In this document: piece after piece, positions 1 to 11,475 of the stretch
Position numbering within the stretch: position 1 is the first letter of the stretch
Layout: every line of letters starts with the position of its first letter
Origin: Candidatus Stammera capleta
GTDB lineage: Bacteria > Pseudomonadota > Gammaproteobacteria > Enterobacterales > Enterobacteriaceae
DNA length: 64,000 bases
NCBI GenBank assembly: GCA_015139955.1
Contig: CP043991.1
Coordinates: forward strand, 56,368 to 120,367
Reading direction: 5' to 3'
Notes under the pieces: model-generated
Databases searched by the model: none
Told to the model about the DNA's origin: nothing
The model's input: only the letters and a program-made list of their open reading frames with translations
Made by a program: the position numbers and the translations under genes

Positions 1-26
1 TCATAAAAGTAAAATAATTTTAATAT

Positions 27-1883
27 TTAAATTAATAATTTATTAGCTATATTACTAAAAGTTTTTTTTTTTTTTTTTATACTAGATAAAAAAATATTTT
101 TATCAGCATAAATAGTAACTTTTCTTTTAGCACGTGTAATAGCTGTATAAATTATTTCTCTACTTAATAAAGTAGAGAAATAATTAGGTATAATTAATAA
201 TATATGTTTAAACTCAGAACCTTGAGATTTATGAACAGTTACTGCTCATGTATTATTTCAATTAGTTAAATTAATACAATAAATAAATCTATTATTTTTA
301 TTTACATCTAAAAATAACAACTTAAATTTTTTTTTCAAAAAAATAAAAAAACCAACATCACCATTATATAATTTTAAATCATTATTATTTTTAGTAATAA
401 CTAATGGTTCACCCATATAATGATAACAATTTAAATTAGAAAAATATACTATATTTTTTACTAAATTATTTTTTAAAAAAAAATTGTTAATATATTTATT
501 TAAAAAATTAATTCCTAAATAAGTTTTTTTAATAACACAAATAATTTGAAATTTATTAAATACTTTCCATATTTTTTTGAAATTAAATTTTAAATTAATA
601 AAATTTATATAATTCATATAATTTTTTACACAAATATTTAATAAAAAATTAAAATTATATTTATCAGAATCATAAAAATTAAAATTATTTTTAAAATTAT
701 TTTCATATAAAAAATTATCTATATATTTTATATAACCTAATTTAATAAAATTAATAAATTTATATAAATAAATATTTTTTTTAAATCGATAATTTTTTTT
801 TAAAAAAAAAATATTATTTATATAAGATATATAAGTATTATTTTTGTTTTTTATATTTAAAACATTTCAAAATATTTTTTTTAAAATTCCAGATTTATAA
901 TATTTTTGTTTAGAATATAAATTACATATGATATTAAAAAATGAACCAGGTTCTATAGAACCTATTTGATTACTATCACCTAAAAAAACAATTTTTTTAA
1001 TATATTTAATAGAATTAAATAAATAAAATGCTAATGATATATCAATCATAGACGCTTCATCAATAATCAAAATATCAGTATTAATATTATTATTAATAAT
1101 ATTTTTATTATAATTAAAACCTAAAAATTTATGAATTGTAATAGCTTTTTTAGGTAATATTTTTTTAAAAGTAGAATTTATATTTAAATAATTATAATTT
1201 TTTTTTAAAGAAAAAGTAATATTTGAAGAAGATTTACCAGTAAAAGAAATAATTTTTATACAATTACTATGTTTAAATTTATATATTTTATATAGAACGA
1301 AAACCAATAAAGATATTAAAGTAGTTTTTCCTGTACCAGGACCTCCCGAAATAATAGTAAATTTATTTAAAATAACACCTATTACAGAAATTTTTTGATA
1401 TATATCTAAATTATATTTATCTAAATATTTTAATAAAATACTTTTATTAATAAAATTATTATTTTTTATAGAAAAATTTAAATTAATAAAATTAACAACA
1501 TATTCTTCATATATTCAAAATTTATATAAATAAATACAATTATTATAAAAAATTAAAGGAGTAGTTTTTATGTAATAATTTTTACTTAACACATTAAATT
1601 TAAATAAAATATTTATACAATCACTTAATGATAAATATTTTATAAAAAAATATTCTAAAAAATTTAATATATAATTAGAAAATATATCTTTACTAAAAAT
1701 ATTTGATAAAGAAAGACATATATTACCATTTCTACTTGATAAACTTACTAAAACAGCAAATAACATTATTATATCAGACTCAAAACTATTATTATCAAAT
1801 ATTTTTGAAAAGTATAAATCTATAAATTTAATTTCTTTTTTTTTAATACATTTAATTATAAAATTATTTATTTCACTAAACAT
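27..1883 (-). CDS. recD: RecBCD exonuclease V alpha subunit (RecD helicase)
   Basis: Track fragments 258-617, 867-1307 and 1515-1883 share one frame and are separated by TGA. Walker A ISGGPGTGKTT lies at about 1320-1350. The hand-translated C-terminus is WAVTVHKSQGSEF...YTAITRAK. TAA stop at 27-29. The ATG overlaps the recB stop (TAATG). Confidence 0.9.
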
Positions 1884-4800
1884 TAGTTTTTTTTAAAAAA
1901 ATAATTTAACTTTTTAATTAAAGAATAATTTGGTTTAGTATAAAAAATACCTGTAAAAGAATTATAATTATTATCTAATAATAAACCACGTAAAAATATA
2001 TAATAAATTCCACCAAAATTTATATTATAATCATATGTTTTAAGATTTAATTTTAAATAATTATGTAAAGCTAACGTATACAATTGATATTGTATATCAT
2101 AACGATGTAAACTAATAACTTTATATAAATCTTTATTAATATAATCAATATATTTATTACCTAATCAATTCGATTTATAATCTATTATAAAATATTTATT
2201 ATTATAAATACATAATAAATCAATTACTCCATTAAAAAAACCTGTAAAATTATTTTTATTTAATTGAATTTTTTGACTTAATTTAGAAATATAATCATAT
2301 TTTATAATAATTTTATTAAATTTTTTAAAATTAAATACATTTGTTATAGGTAAAAAAAAATCAAATTCTTTATAAAAAAAAGAAATATTTTTATTATTTA
2401 TACTAATATTATCAAATAATTTAACATTTAAAAAATTAAATAATATTCTTTTAATATTAAAAAAAAAAGTTTTAGATATATTAAATTTTAACATATTGTA
2501 TAAAATAATATTATTATCTAATAAATTTAAAAAATTAATTTTTTCTAAAATTTTATGAAAAAAATTACCGATATTTTTCCCTTTCGGTAAAAGAGAATTA
2601 TTATTTTTCTCAAATTCAAAATTATGAATATTTATTAAATTATTTGCATATAATTTATTATTAATAATATTAGAAAAATTTAAAACATATTTTTTATTTA
2701 TTGATGTAGAAAAAAAATCATTTTCTTTATTAATTTTTTTTTTAAAAAATATTTTTTTTTTTTTAAAGAAATCAATTAAATTTAAAAAATAAAAATTTAT
2801 ATATTTAAATTTAAAATAATTATTTATAATTTTTTTAATTTTACTAAAATTAAATTCTTTACCATAACCTAATAATCTACCTAAATATGTATAACAAAAT
2901 TTTTTATTTTTAATATTTAGTATATCATATACAAAAATATTACATTGATATATACATCTGGTAATAGCTACATAAAATAAACGCATTTCTTCAGAATCTA
3001 TTTCTTCTTTATAAAAAAAATAATTTTTTTTAAATTTATATAAATCTATATTAACCTTAAAATTTTTTCTATTATGAAAAATAAAATAATTATTATTTAT
3101 TTGAAAATTTAAAAAAAAAGGTAATCAAACAATATTATATTGTAAACCTTTAGATTTATGTATAGTAGAAATTTTTATACCATTTTCATAATTTAAAGAT
3201 CTAATATAATAATCTTTTTTATGTATATCAATATTTAAAATTTTATCATTTAATCAATAAATTAATAAAGATTCATTTTTTAAACTAAAAGATTTTTTTT
3301 CTAATATTTCTCCTATATGTAATATATTATTATAAAATAATTGGTTATCAATTTTATATATTTTTTTATTTTTTTTATCATTTAAAATATATTTAATCAT
3401 TACTAAAATACCATCTTTTTTTCAAATATTTTGATAAAAATAAAAAATATTAATTCATTTATTTAAAAAAATTTTATTAATAAGAATATTTTTCATTAAA
3501 TTAAAATTAAAATTAAAAAAAGAAGTAGATAAAGCACTAATTAATAGTGTAATAGAATCTGGATTAATAATAGATTTTAGTAAAAAAAATATTTCTTTTG
3601 CTTCATTAGTATGAAATACATTACTTTTTTCTAAAGAAGTATCAGTAGGTAAATTATATTTTTGTAAAGCATTAAAAATTAATTTAACTTCATGATTAGT
3701 ATGAACTAATATTGCTATATCTGAAGGAATTATTAATCTTTTAGATTTACCATTAAATAAAAACCTATTTTTATTATTTAATAAATAACATAATTTTATA
3801 GCACATATTTCGGCTAAATTATATTTTCATTTTTTTTTATCTAAATTTTTTAAAATAAAAAAAATTATACAAAAATCTTTCTTACTATTTTTTAATAAAA
3901 AAAAATTATTTTGTAAAGAATAATTAACATTTAAATATTTTATTTCTTTTAGTAAAAAAGGATTATTAATTCTACTAAATAAATAATTAATACTTTTAAC
4001 AAAATTTATAGAAGAACGTCAATTTATATTTAAAGTATATAAAAAATCTATATTTTTTTTAGATTTTATATAATTAAATATATTAGCACCTCTAAATGTA
4101 TATATAGACTGTTTAGGATCACCAATTAATATTAATTTAGTATTTAATTTAGTAAAATTATTTATGTATATTTTATAAAATATATTATATTGTAAAAAAT
4201 CAGTATCTTGAAATTCATCAATTAATAATATTGGAAAATTTTTTCTAATTATATTAATTAATATATGTTGTTTGTCTTTTATAAAATTAATATTTAAATT
4301 AGTAATTAAATCATTAAAACTAATATATGAATTTTTTTTTTTAATTTTAATAAGCATTTTTTTAATATATTTTATACAAAATATAATAATAAAATTACGA
4401 AAATCTTGTATTCTTAAAAAAATATTATCTACATATTTAAATAAATTAAAAAATTTTAAAATATATATATTATTATGTTTTTTAACTAAATATTTAAAAC
4501 TAAATTTTTTAAAACAATAAGGTAAAGTAAAATTTATAGTTTTTTCTTTACATCAAGACATAATTTTAGAAAATCATTTTTTTATATTTAAAAAATTAAA
4601 TATTTTTTGATTTATTAAAAAATTATAAATATTTTTATAATTCAATAATCAATAATTTTTAAATTTATTTATAAAAAATATAATTTTATTATAACAATCT
4701 TCTATAGAAGAATATTGATTTTTTATATTAAAAGGAAAATATAAAAAATTTAACATAGGTAATAAAAAATCAAATAGTTTTATAGGACTAATTCATATAT

Positions 4801-5341
4801 TTAAAATAATTTTAACTATATTTTGAGACAAAGATCCAAAATATTTACGTCAAAATAAAATTATAATTTCATAAATTAAATCATTTTCATTATCTATTAT
4901 AGTACTATTATAATCAATATTAGATTCAATAAAATTAGAATAAAGAATTTTTTTACAAAAACTATGTATAGTAAATACAGAAATATTATCTATATAATAT
5001 TCATAACTAGTTAATAGATCTATAATATTTGGAATATTTTTAACATAAAAATAAAAATCTTTTATAATATTATTAATATAATATCCTTTAATACAAGATA
5101 AACGTAAATTTTTAATATTATCTAAAATTCTATTTTTAATTTCTAACGTAGCTAAATCTGTAAAAGTAACAATTAAAATATTTTTAATAAATAAATTAGA
5201 AAATTTTTTTTCTATATTTATACCTAATAATAAACGTAAATATAATAAAGATATTAAATTAGTTTTCCCAGTTCCAGCAGAAGCTTCTATTAAATTAGTT
5301 TGACCTAAATAAATATTTAAAAAACTATTTTTTTTATACAT
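1883..5341 (-). CDS. recB: RecBCD exonuclease V beta subunit (RecB helicase-nuclease)
   Basis: Fragments 1883-2083, 2165-2986, 4019-4357 and 4850-5341 share one frame. I hand-checked 2987-4018 and found only TGA interruptions, no TAA or TAG. N-terminal LIEASAGTGKT, internal STIHKSKGLQYNIVWLPF, and C-terminal YTLALHNYLK...FGGIYYIFLRG are present. 1152 codons versus about 1180 in E. coli. Confidence 0.92.
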
Positions 5342-5345
5342 AAAC

Positions 5346-8300
5346 TTAAATATTCAAAATTAAATAATTAAACATAGTTAATAATCAATCTTCTGCTTTA
5401 TAAATAATAAAATCTAAATCTAACTTAAAATTAAATTTCTTTATATAATTATATATAAAAAAATTATTTAATTCACCACTAAAAAAATAATTACCATATA
5501 AAATATCTCTTAATTTATCTCTCATTCTATAAATAATAAAATTATTTAATTTATTTTTATTTATTAAATTATAAGTATTTCATAATCAAAAATGACTAGA
5601 TTGAGGTAAAAAAAAAATATTTTTTTCATTAAAATAATAATAATATATAATATATTTATATAAATATTTTTCAGATAATTTTTTATCTATAGGGGGAAAA
5701 CTTCACACACCATTATAACCATATATATAACTATATTTTTTACCTCCTAAACAACAATAAATTAAATGTTCTATCCAAAATAATAAAGCATCTACTAAAT
5801 TTAAATTTTTAGGTAATCATTTAACAACTCCATATTTAAAACATAAATTTATAGTACCATATAAATTAAAATCATATAATTTATAGAAAAAACTATATTT
5901 TTTTATATTTAAAAAAATATCTTTAATATTATTAATTAAAAAAATAATTTTTATTTTCTCTTGTTTTCATAAAATTTTTCCAAAAGAATTTATAGGTAAT
6001 ATATTTAAAGATTGTAAATAATACATAATATTATTATTTAACTTTTTATGTATAAAAAAATAATTTATTATATCTAATCTAAAAAAATAAAATTTTTTAA
6101 TATTAAACTGAAAAAAATTATTATAATTATTATTTTTATCATATATAAAATAATTTATTTTTAAAAAATATGACATAAAATATCTAATAGGATTAGATAA
6201 AAATAAAAAAAAATTATTTAAAGTAATTATTTTATTTTTTTTAATTTTAATTAGAAAATTATTATTTTTTTTATTTAAAATATATTTCTTTTTATCTAAA
6301 GAATAAAATTCTAGAAATATTTTATTTGTATTTTTATTTTTAAAAAAATATTTTCCTTCTAAATAATTTATAATACTTCTTACTAAAATAGAAGGAAAAT
6401 ACTTTATATGTTCTGAAAAAGAAAAATCTAAATAACTAATATAAACTTTTTCTTTAGCTGATAAAAAAAATTTCATAAAAATATATTTATCATAATCTAA
6501 TTTATTTTTATCTCCTATTCTAGGATTAGAATAAATTAAATCAAAGTTATAATTTAATTTATATTTAGGATAAATATTATCATTTAAACCTAAAAAACAA
6601 ATTATTTTAAAGGGTATTCCATGTAAACTTACATAAGAACTAAAATTTAAATGACTTAATGAATATCTTTTATTTTTTTTTTTTTTTAAAAAACTAATAA
6701 AAATTTTAGTAAATAAATTAATTGTAATTTTTTTTTTAAAAAAAAATAATTTATATTTTTGATATAAATAAAATCAAACTTTATGATTTAAAAAAAAATT
6801 ATTTTCAATAATATTTTCCGAAAAAAATACATTTAAAAAATTTTTACAAATTTTAATTCAATTACAAAAAAAATGTTTCTTTTTAAGAATATTTTTTCAA
6901 TAAAAAATTTTAAATATAAAATCAGATAATTTACCTATTAAATTATAAAAATAATTATTACTTATTGTTGGATAAGGAATTATATCATTTCAAGAACAAT
7001 ATTTTTCATTTATTGCATAACCTAACAATATACGTTTAATACTTTCTAATAAAGTAATATAATTAAATTTATATAAACTATCATTAATTAAAAAATTATT
7101 TATATCCACACAAATACCATCATTTTCAATAAAATTTAAAATAATATTAAATTCATTAATATTAATATTAAATTTATTTAAAAAAATTTCATTTTTTAAA
7201 AAATATAAAATTTTACTAAATGTAAATTTTACATTAGAAATATTTAATAAATCTACAAATAAATTTAATACTTTTTTATCAAAAATATAATTTTCTTCCA
7301 TAATATAAAATGGTAAATATTTTTTACATAATACATCAGAAAAAATAGTACGAATATATGGATAATATATATGCAAATCACTTACTACAATTAGTATATC
7401 GTTAACATAATATTTTTTTTTTTGAATTAAATTTAATAAAAAAAATTTTAATTTTAATAATTCATCTATATATCCACTAGCACTATTAATAATTAGTGAA
7501 TTATTATTATTTATTTTTTTTTTATTTAAAAATTTATTCAAAATAAAAGAATTTTTAAAATTTAAAATATCATTTTTAATGATATTTAAAATACTTTTTT
7601 TAGAAAATTGTATAAAACAATTAATTTCAATAAAATCAAATTCTTGAAATAAAAATAAATATTCAGCAAAAAATTTACAATTATTTAATAATAATGGATT
7701 TTTTTTATATAAAGTAAATTTAATTCCTTCAATATTTTTTTTTAAAATAAAAAAATTTTTTTTACTATAATTAAATTTATCAAATCAAAATTCAGAACTA
7801 GGATTAATTATAAAATAATGTACATTAATATATTTAGATAATATATATATAGTATTTAAATATATTGGAGGTAAATAGGAAATATTAAAAATATATAATT
7901 CAGAAATTTTTTTTTTTAAAATATTTAAATTAATTTTATTCTTTAAATTTAAAAATTTATAATAAATACTACATCTATTTCAATTACAATTAAACTTTTT
8001 ATTATAAAAATTAATAATTTCTCTTCATAAAAAAGATTGTCATAATTGATGAAAATTGTTTTTTAAATTATCTATTAAACCAAATTTTTCTCATTTATAT
8101 AATCAATCTACACGATACATTAAATATTTATCATAAATATCAGCTATTTTATAAGATATACTAAATAATTTATTATAATTAATATCATTAGATAAATATT
8201 TTTTGATTACTAAAAATTCATTAAAATGTAATAATTTAGGTAATATATTCATAATTACAAAAACTAAATTATTTTTTTCAAAAAAATAATCTTCAGGAAT

Positions 8301-8537
8301 ATCAGATATAAAAATTCTATAAATATTTCATATAAATTTAGCAGGTAAAAAAAAATCAAAATTAGCACAAATACCTAAATTTTTAGATAAAAACATTTTT
8401 AAAAAAAAAGATAAATTATGATCTGGTACCAAAATAATATTATTTGCTATATATTCACGCTTATTAATTTTTTTAAATTTATAAAGCAATACATGTTGTA
8501 ATATTTCTAAATCATTAGATTGATATAATATAAACAT
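5346..8537 (-). CDS. recC: RecBCD exonuclease V gamma subunit (RecC)
   Basis: Fragments 5967-6476, 6990-7541 and 8328-8537 share one frame. The N-terminus MFILYQSNDLEILQ resembles E. coli MLRVYHSNRLDVL. The hand-checked segment 7542-8327 (ADIYDKYLMYRVDWL, YLPPIYL) is broken only by TGA. TAA at 5346-5348, 4 nt before the recB start. Confidence 0.88.
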
Positions 8538-8541
8538 ATTT

Positions 8542-9015
8542 TTATAAAAAAAAATAATAAATAAATAAAATACATAAACAAAAATTAATTTTACTAATAT
8601 GAAAAAAAAATCATAAAGGACATCTTACTTTTATATTTAAAGGTCAAAAAAAATATATTCCTCTATAAGTAAACATATCAGCTATAATATGACTTAAATA
8701 TCCTAATAACATTCCTATAATTATATCTAAATTTAAATTTAAATAAATAAAATTTAAATAAAATAGAATAAAAAATAAAATTATTAAAAATAATAAACTA
8801 TGTGTAATTTTTCTATGAGTAAAAAAATTTCAATATATTAAAAAAAAAAAATTTCAATTTATAAAAGATTTGGGGTGATCTATATCTGGTAATAAACAAG
8901 TTATTAATCCAGCAAAAATTATATGTCATAAATCTATATAATGTAAAATACTAAAAAATTTTATAAAAAAAAATATAAAATAAATTGAAAATAACAAATG
9001 ATTTCTAAAATTCAC
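8542..9015 (-). CDS. ydjM: YdjM-like membrane-bound metal-dependent hydrolase (DUF457)
   Basis: Absent from the ORF track because TGA splits it. Hand translation gives VNFRNHLLFS...LLPDIDHPKSF...THRKITHSLL...GYLSHIIADMFT...FWPL, colinear with E. coli YdjM. A GTG start is assumed. TAA at 8542-8544. Confidence 0.7.
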
Positions 9016-9111
9016 TATATACCTACTAAATTAAATTTTTTAAAAATAATAAAAATAAAAAAAATAATAATTATATAATAATAATTATAAAATAATTACT
9101 TGGAACTTAAA

Positions 9112-10356
9112 ATGATAAAAACAAAATGTAAAAAAAAATACACATGTAAACATTCAAATAAAACAAATATAAATAATAAATGTGATCACAGAATTATAAA
9201 TAAACAAATTAATTTATATCATACAAATAAAGAAACTCCTGGAATAATATTTTGACATAACAAAGGATTTATTTTATTAAAAAATATTAAAAAATTATTA
9301 AGAAAAAAAAATGATCAATATAATTATATTGAAGTTCAAAGCGCATATTTAATAAATAAAAATATGTGAAAAAATAGTGGACATTGAAAAAATTATAGTA
9401 GTTTTATTTTTAGCACAATATCTGAAAAAAAAAAATTATGTATTAAACCTATGAATTGTTTAGGACATATAGATATATATAGACAAAAAAAAATATCATA
9501 TAAAAATTTACCTATAAGAATATCAGAATTTGGAATATGTCATAGAAATGAATACTCAGGATCATTGTATGGACTAATGAGAACAAGATCATTTACACAA
9601 GATGATGCACATATATTTTGTACAAAAAAACAAATTAAAAAAGAAATTACTAAATGTATAGAATTAATACAAGAAATATATAATATATTTAAATTAAAAG
9701 ATATTAGTATTTTTATATCTACAAAACCTAAAAAATATTTAGGTAATAAAAAAACATGAAAAAAATCAGAAAATCAACTTATAAATATTTTAAAAGAAAA
9801 AAACATTAATTTTAAAATCCAAAAAGGAGAAGGTGCTTTTTATGGCCCAAAAATAGAATTTGTTTTAAAAGATTCTTATAATAAAAAATGACAATGCGGT
9901 ACAATACAATTAGATTTTTATTTGTCAAAAAAATTAAACATAAATTTTTTAAATAAAAAAAATATACAACAAAATCCTATAATAATTCATAGAGCTGTAT
10001 TAGGTTCATTGGAAAGATTTATAGGTATATTAATAGAAAAACATAATGGTTGATTACCTACATGGTTATCTCCAATACAAGTTGTAATAATTAATATTTC
10101 TGAAAAACATAAAAAATATTGTAAATATATATTAAAATTATTAAAAAAAAATAATATTAGATCTATAACAGATTTTAGAAATAAAAAAATAAACTCTAAA
10201 ATTAAAAAACATACTTTACAAAAAATACCTTACATGATAGTATGCGGCGATAAAGAAATACTTTCTAAAACTGTTAATGTAAGAAAATTTAATAATTTTT
10301 CTATAATGAAAATAGAAAAATTAATAAAAAAAATTAAAAAAAAAAATAAATATTAA
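9112..10356 (+). CDS. thrS: Threonyl-tRNA synthetase, catalytic and anticodon-binding domains only
   Basis: ATG at 9112 is in frame with track ORF 9451-9759. Motifs seen: [63 protein letters not shown] and [16 protein letters not shown] at 10354-10356. The gene is 414 codons. An in-frame TAA at 9088-9090 forbids a longer N-terminus. Confidence 0.93.
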
Positions 10357-10370
10357 AGGAGAAAAAAATT
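10356..10370 (+). promoter_or_regulatory. Shine-Dalgarno AAGGAG followed by the non-canonical ATT initiation codon of infC
   Basis: AAGGAG at 10356-10361, 6 nt upstream of ATT at 10368-10370. The frame from this ATT gives an IF3-like N-terminus. There is no ATG, GTG or TTG in frame upstream of the conserved region. Confidence 0.7.
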
Positions 10371-10898
10371 ATTAAAATTTATAAAAAAATATATGTTGGT
10401 AAAATACATAGAATTAATTATGAAATAAAATCACCAATAATAAAAATAGTTGGAGAAAAACATAAAAATATTAAAATAATTAAAACTAATGAAGCAATTA
10501 AAATAGCTAAAAAAAATAATTTAGATTTGGTAGAAATTAATACTCATAGTACCCCACCAATATGTAAAATATTAAATTATGGTAGATTTTTATACAATAA
10601 AAAAAAGAAAAATAAAAAAAATAAAATTATAAATATTAAAGAAATAAAATTTAGACCTAGTACTAACATAAATGATTTTAATATTAAAATTAAAAATATT
10701 AAAAGATTACTTAAAAAAGGTAATAAAATTAAAATAATTATGAGATTTAAAGGAAGAGAAATAATACATAAAAATATAGCTTTAAATATGTTAAATAAAA
10801 TTAAAGAAAAATTATTAAATATATCACAATTAATATTTTTTTCTAAAAAAACTGAAAATAGACAAATTATTATGATTTTAAATCCTCAAAAAAAATAA
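10368..10898 (+). CDS. infC: Translation initiation factor IF-3
   Basis: IIKIYKK..HRINYEIKSPIIKIVGEK..LDLVEINTHSTPPICKILNYGRFLY matches IF3. Track ORF 10527-10898 is its C-terminal part. It sits in the canonical position after thrS. Confidence 0.9.
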   Translation: MIKIYKKIYVGKIHRINYEIKSPIIKIVGEKHKNIKIIKTNEAIKIAKKNNLDLVEINTHSTPPICKILNYGRFLYNKKKKNKKNKIINIKEIKFRPSTNINDFNIKIKNIKRLLKKGNKIKIIMRFKGREIIHKNIALNMLNKIKEKLLNISQLIFFSKKTENRQIIMILNPQKK

Positions 10899-10904
10899 TA
10901 ATAT

Positions 10905-11102
10905 ATGCCAAAAATTAAAACTATTCATGCTGTTGTTAAAAGAATTAAAAAACTTTCTTCAGGAAAATTAAAATTTAAACGAACTAATTTACGTCATATT
11001 TTAACTAAAAAAAATAAAAAAAGAAAAAGACATTTACGTAATAAAAAAATAGTAAATAAAATAAATGCTAAAATAATAACTAGAGGAATTCCTTATTTAT
11101 AA
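10905..11102 (+). CDS. rpmI: 50S ribosomal protein L35
   Basis: A 65-aa basic protein, MPKIKTIHAVVKRIKKLSSGKLKFKR. It sits in the canonical infC-rpmI-rplT position. Confidence 0.9.
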   Translation: MPKIKTIHAVVKRIKKLSSGKLKFKRTNLRHILTKKNKKRKRHLRNKKIVNKINAKIITRGIPYL

Positions 11103-11114
11103 TAAGAGAAAAAT

Positions 11115-11465
11115 ATGGTAAGAGTAAAAAGAGGTATAACATCTCGTAAAAAACATAAAAAAATAATAAAATTATCTAAAGGATATTATAGTTCTCGATC
11201 TAGAACATATAGATCTGCATATCAAGCAACTATTAAAGCAGGACAATATGCTTATCGAGATAGAAAACAAAAAAAAAGAAATTTTAGAAAACTATGAATA
11301 ATACAAATAAATGCCAAAGTAAGAGAATATGGTATATCTTATAGTAAATTTATTAAAAAATTAAATGATGTTTCAATCAAAATTAATAGAAAAATGTTAG
11401 TTGATATTATTAAAAATAATCCATCATCATTTGATAAATTAATGTTATTAATAAAAAAAAAATAA
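11115..11465 (+). CDS. rplT: 50S ribosomal protein L20
   Basis: [33 protein letters not shown]. Read through TGA at 11295-11297 into [22 protein letters not shown] at 11463-11465. Confidence 0.92.
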
Positions 11466-11475
11466 TTTTCTTTAA

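Noticed and set aside
4272-4520. Short plus- or minus-strand ORFs opposite known genes. Besides this one: 12234-12422, 20823-21038, 25521-25760, 31333-31569, 53258-53449 and 61794-62003.
   Set aside because: Each is antisense to, or out of frame within, a strongly supported conserved gene (recB, pheS, pgk, pfkA, tsf, rplL/rplJ, holB). None has a recognisable motif.
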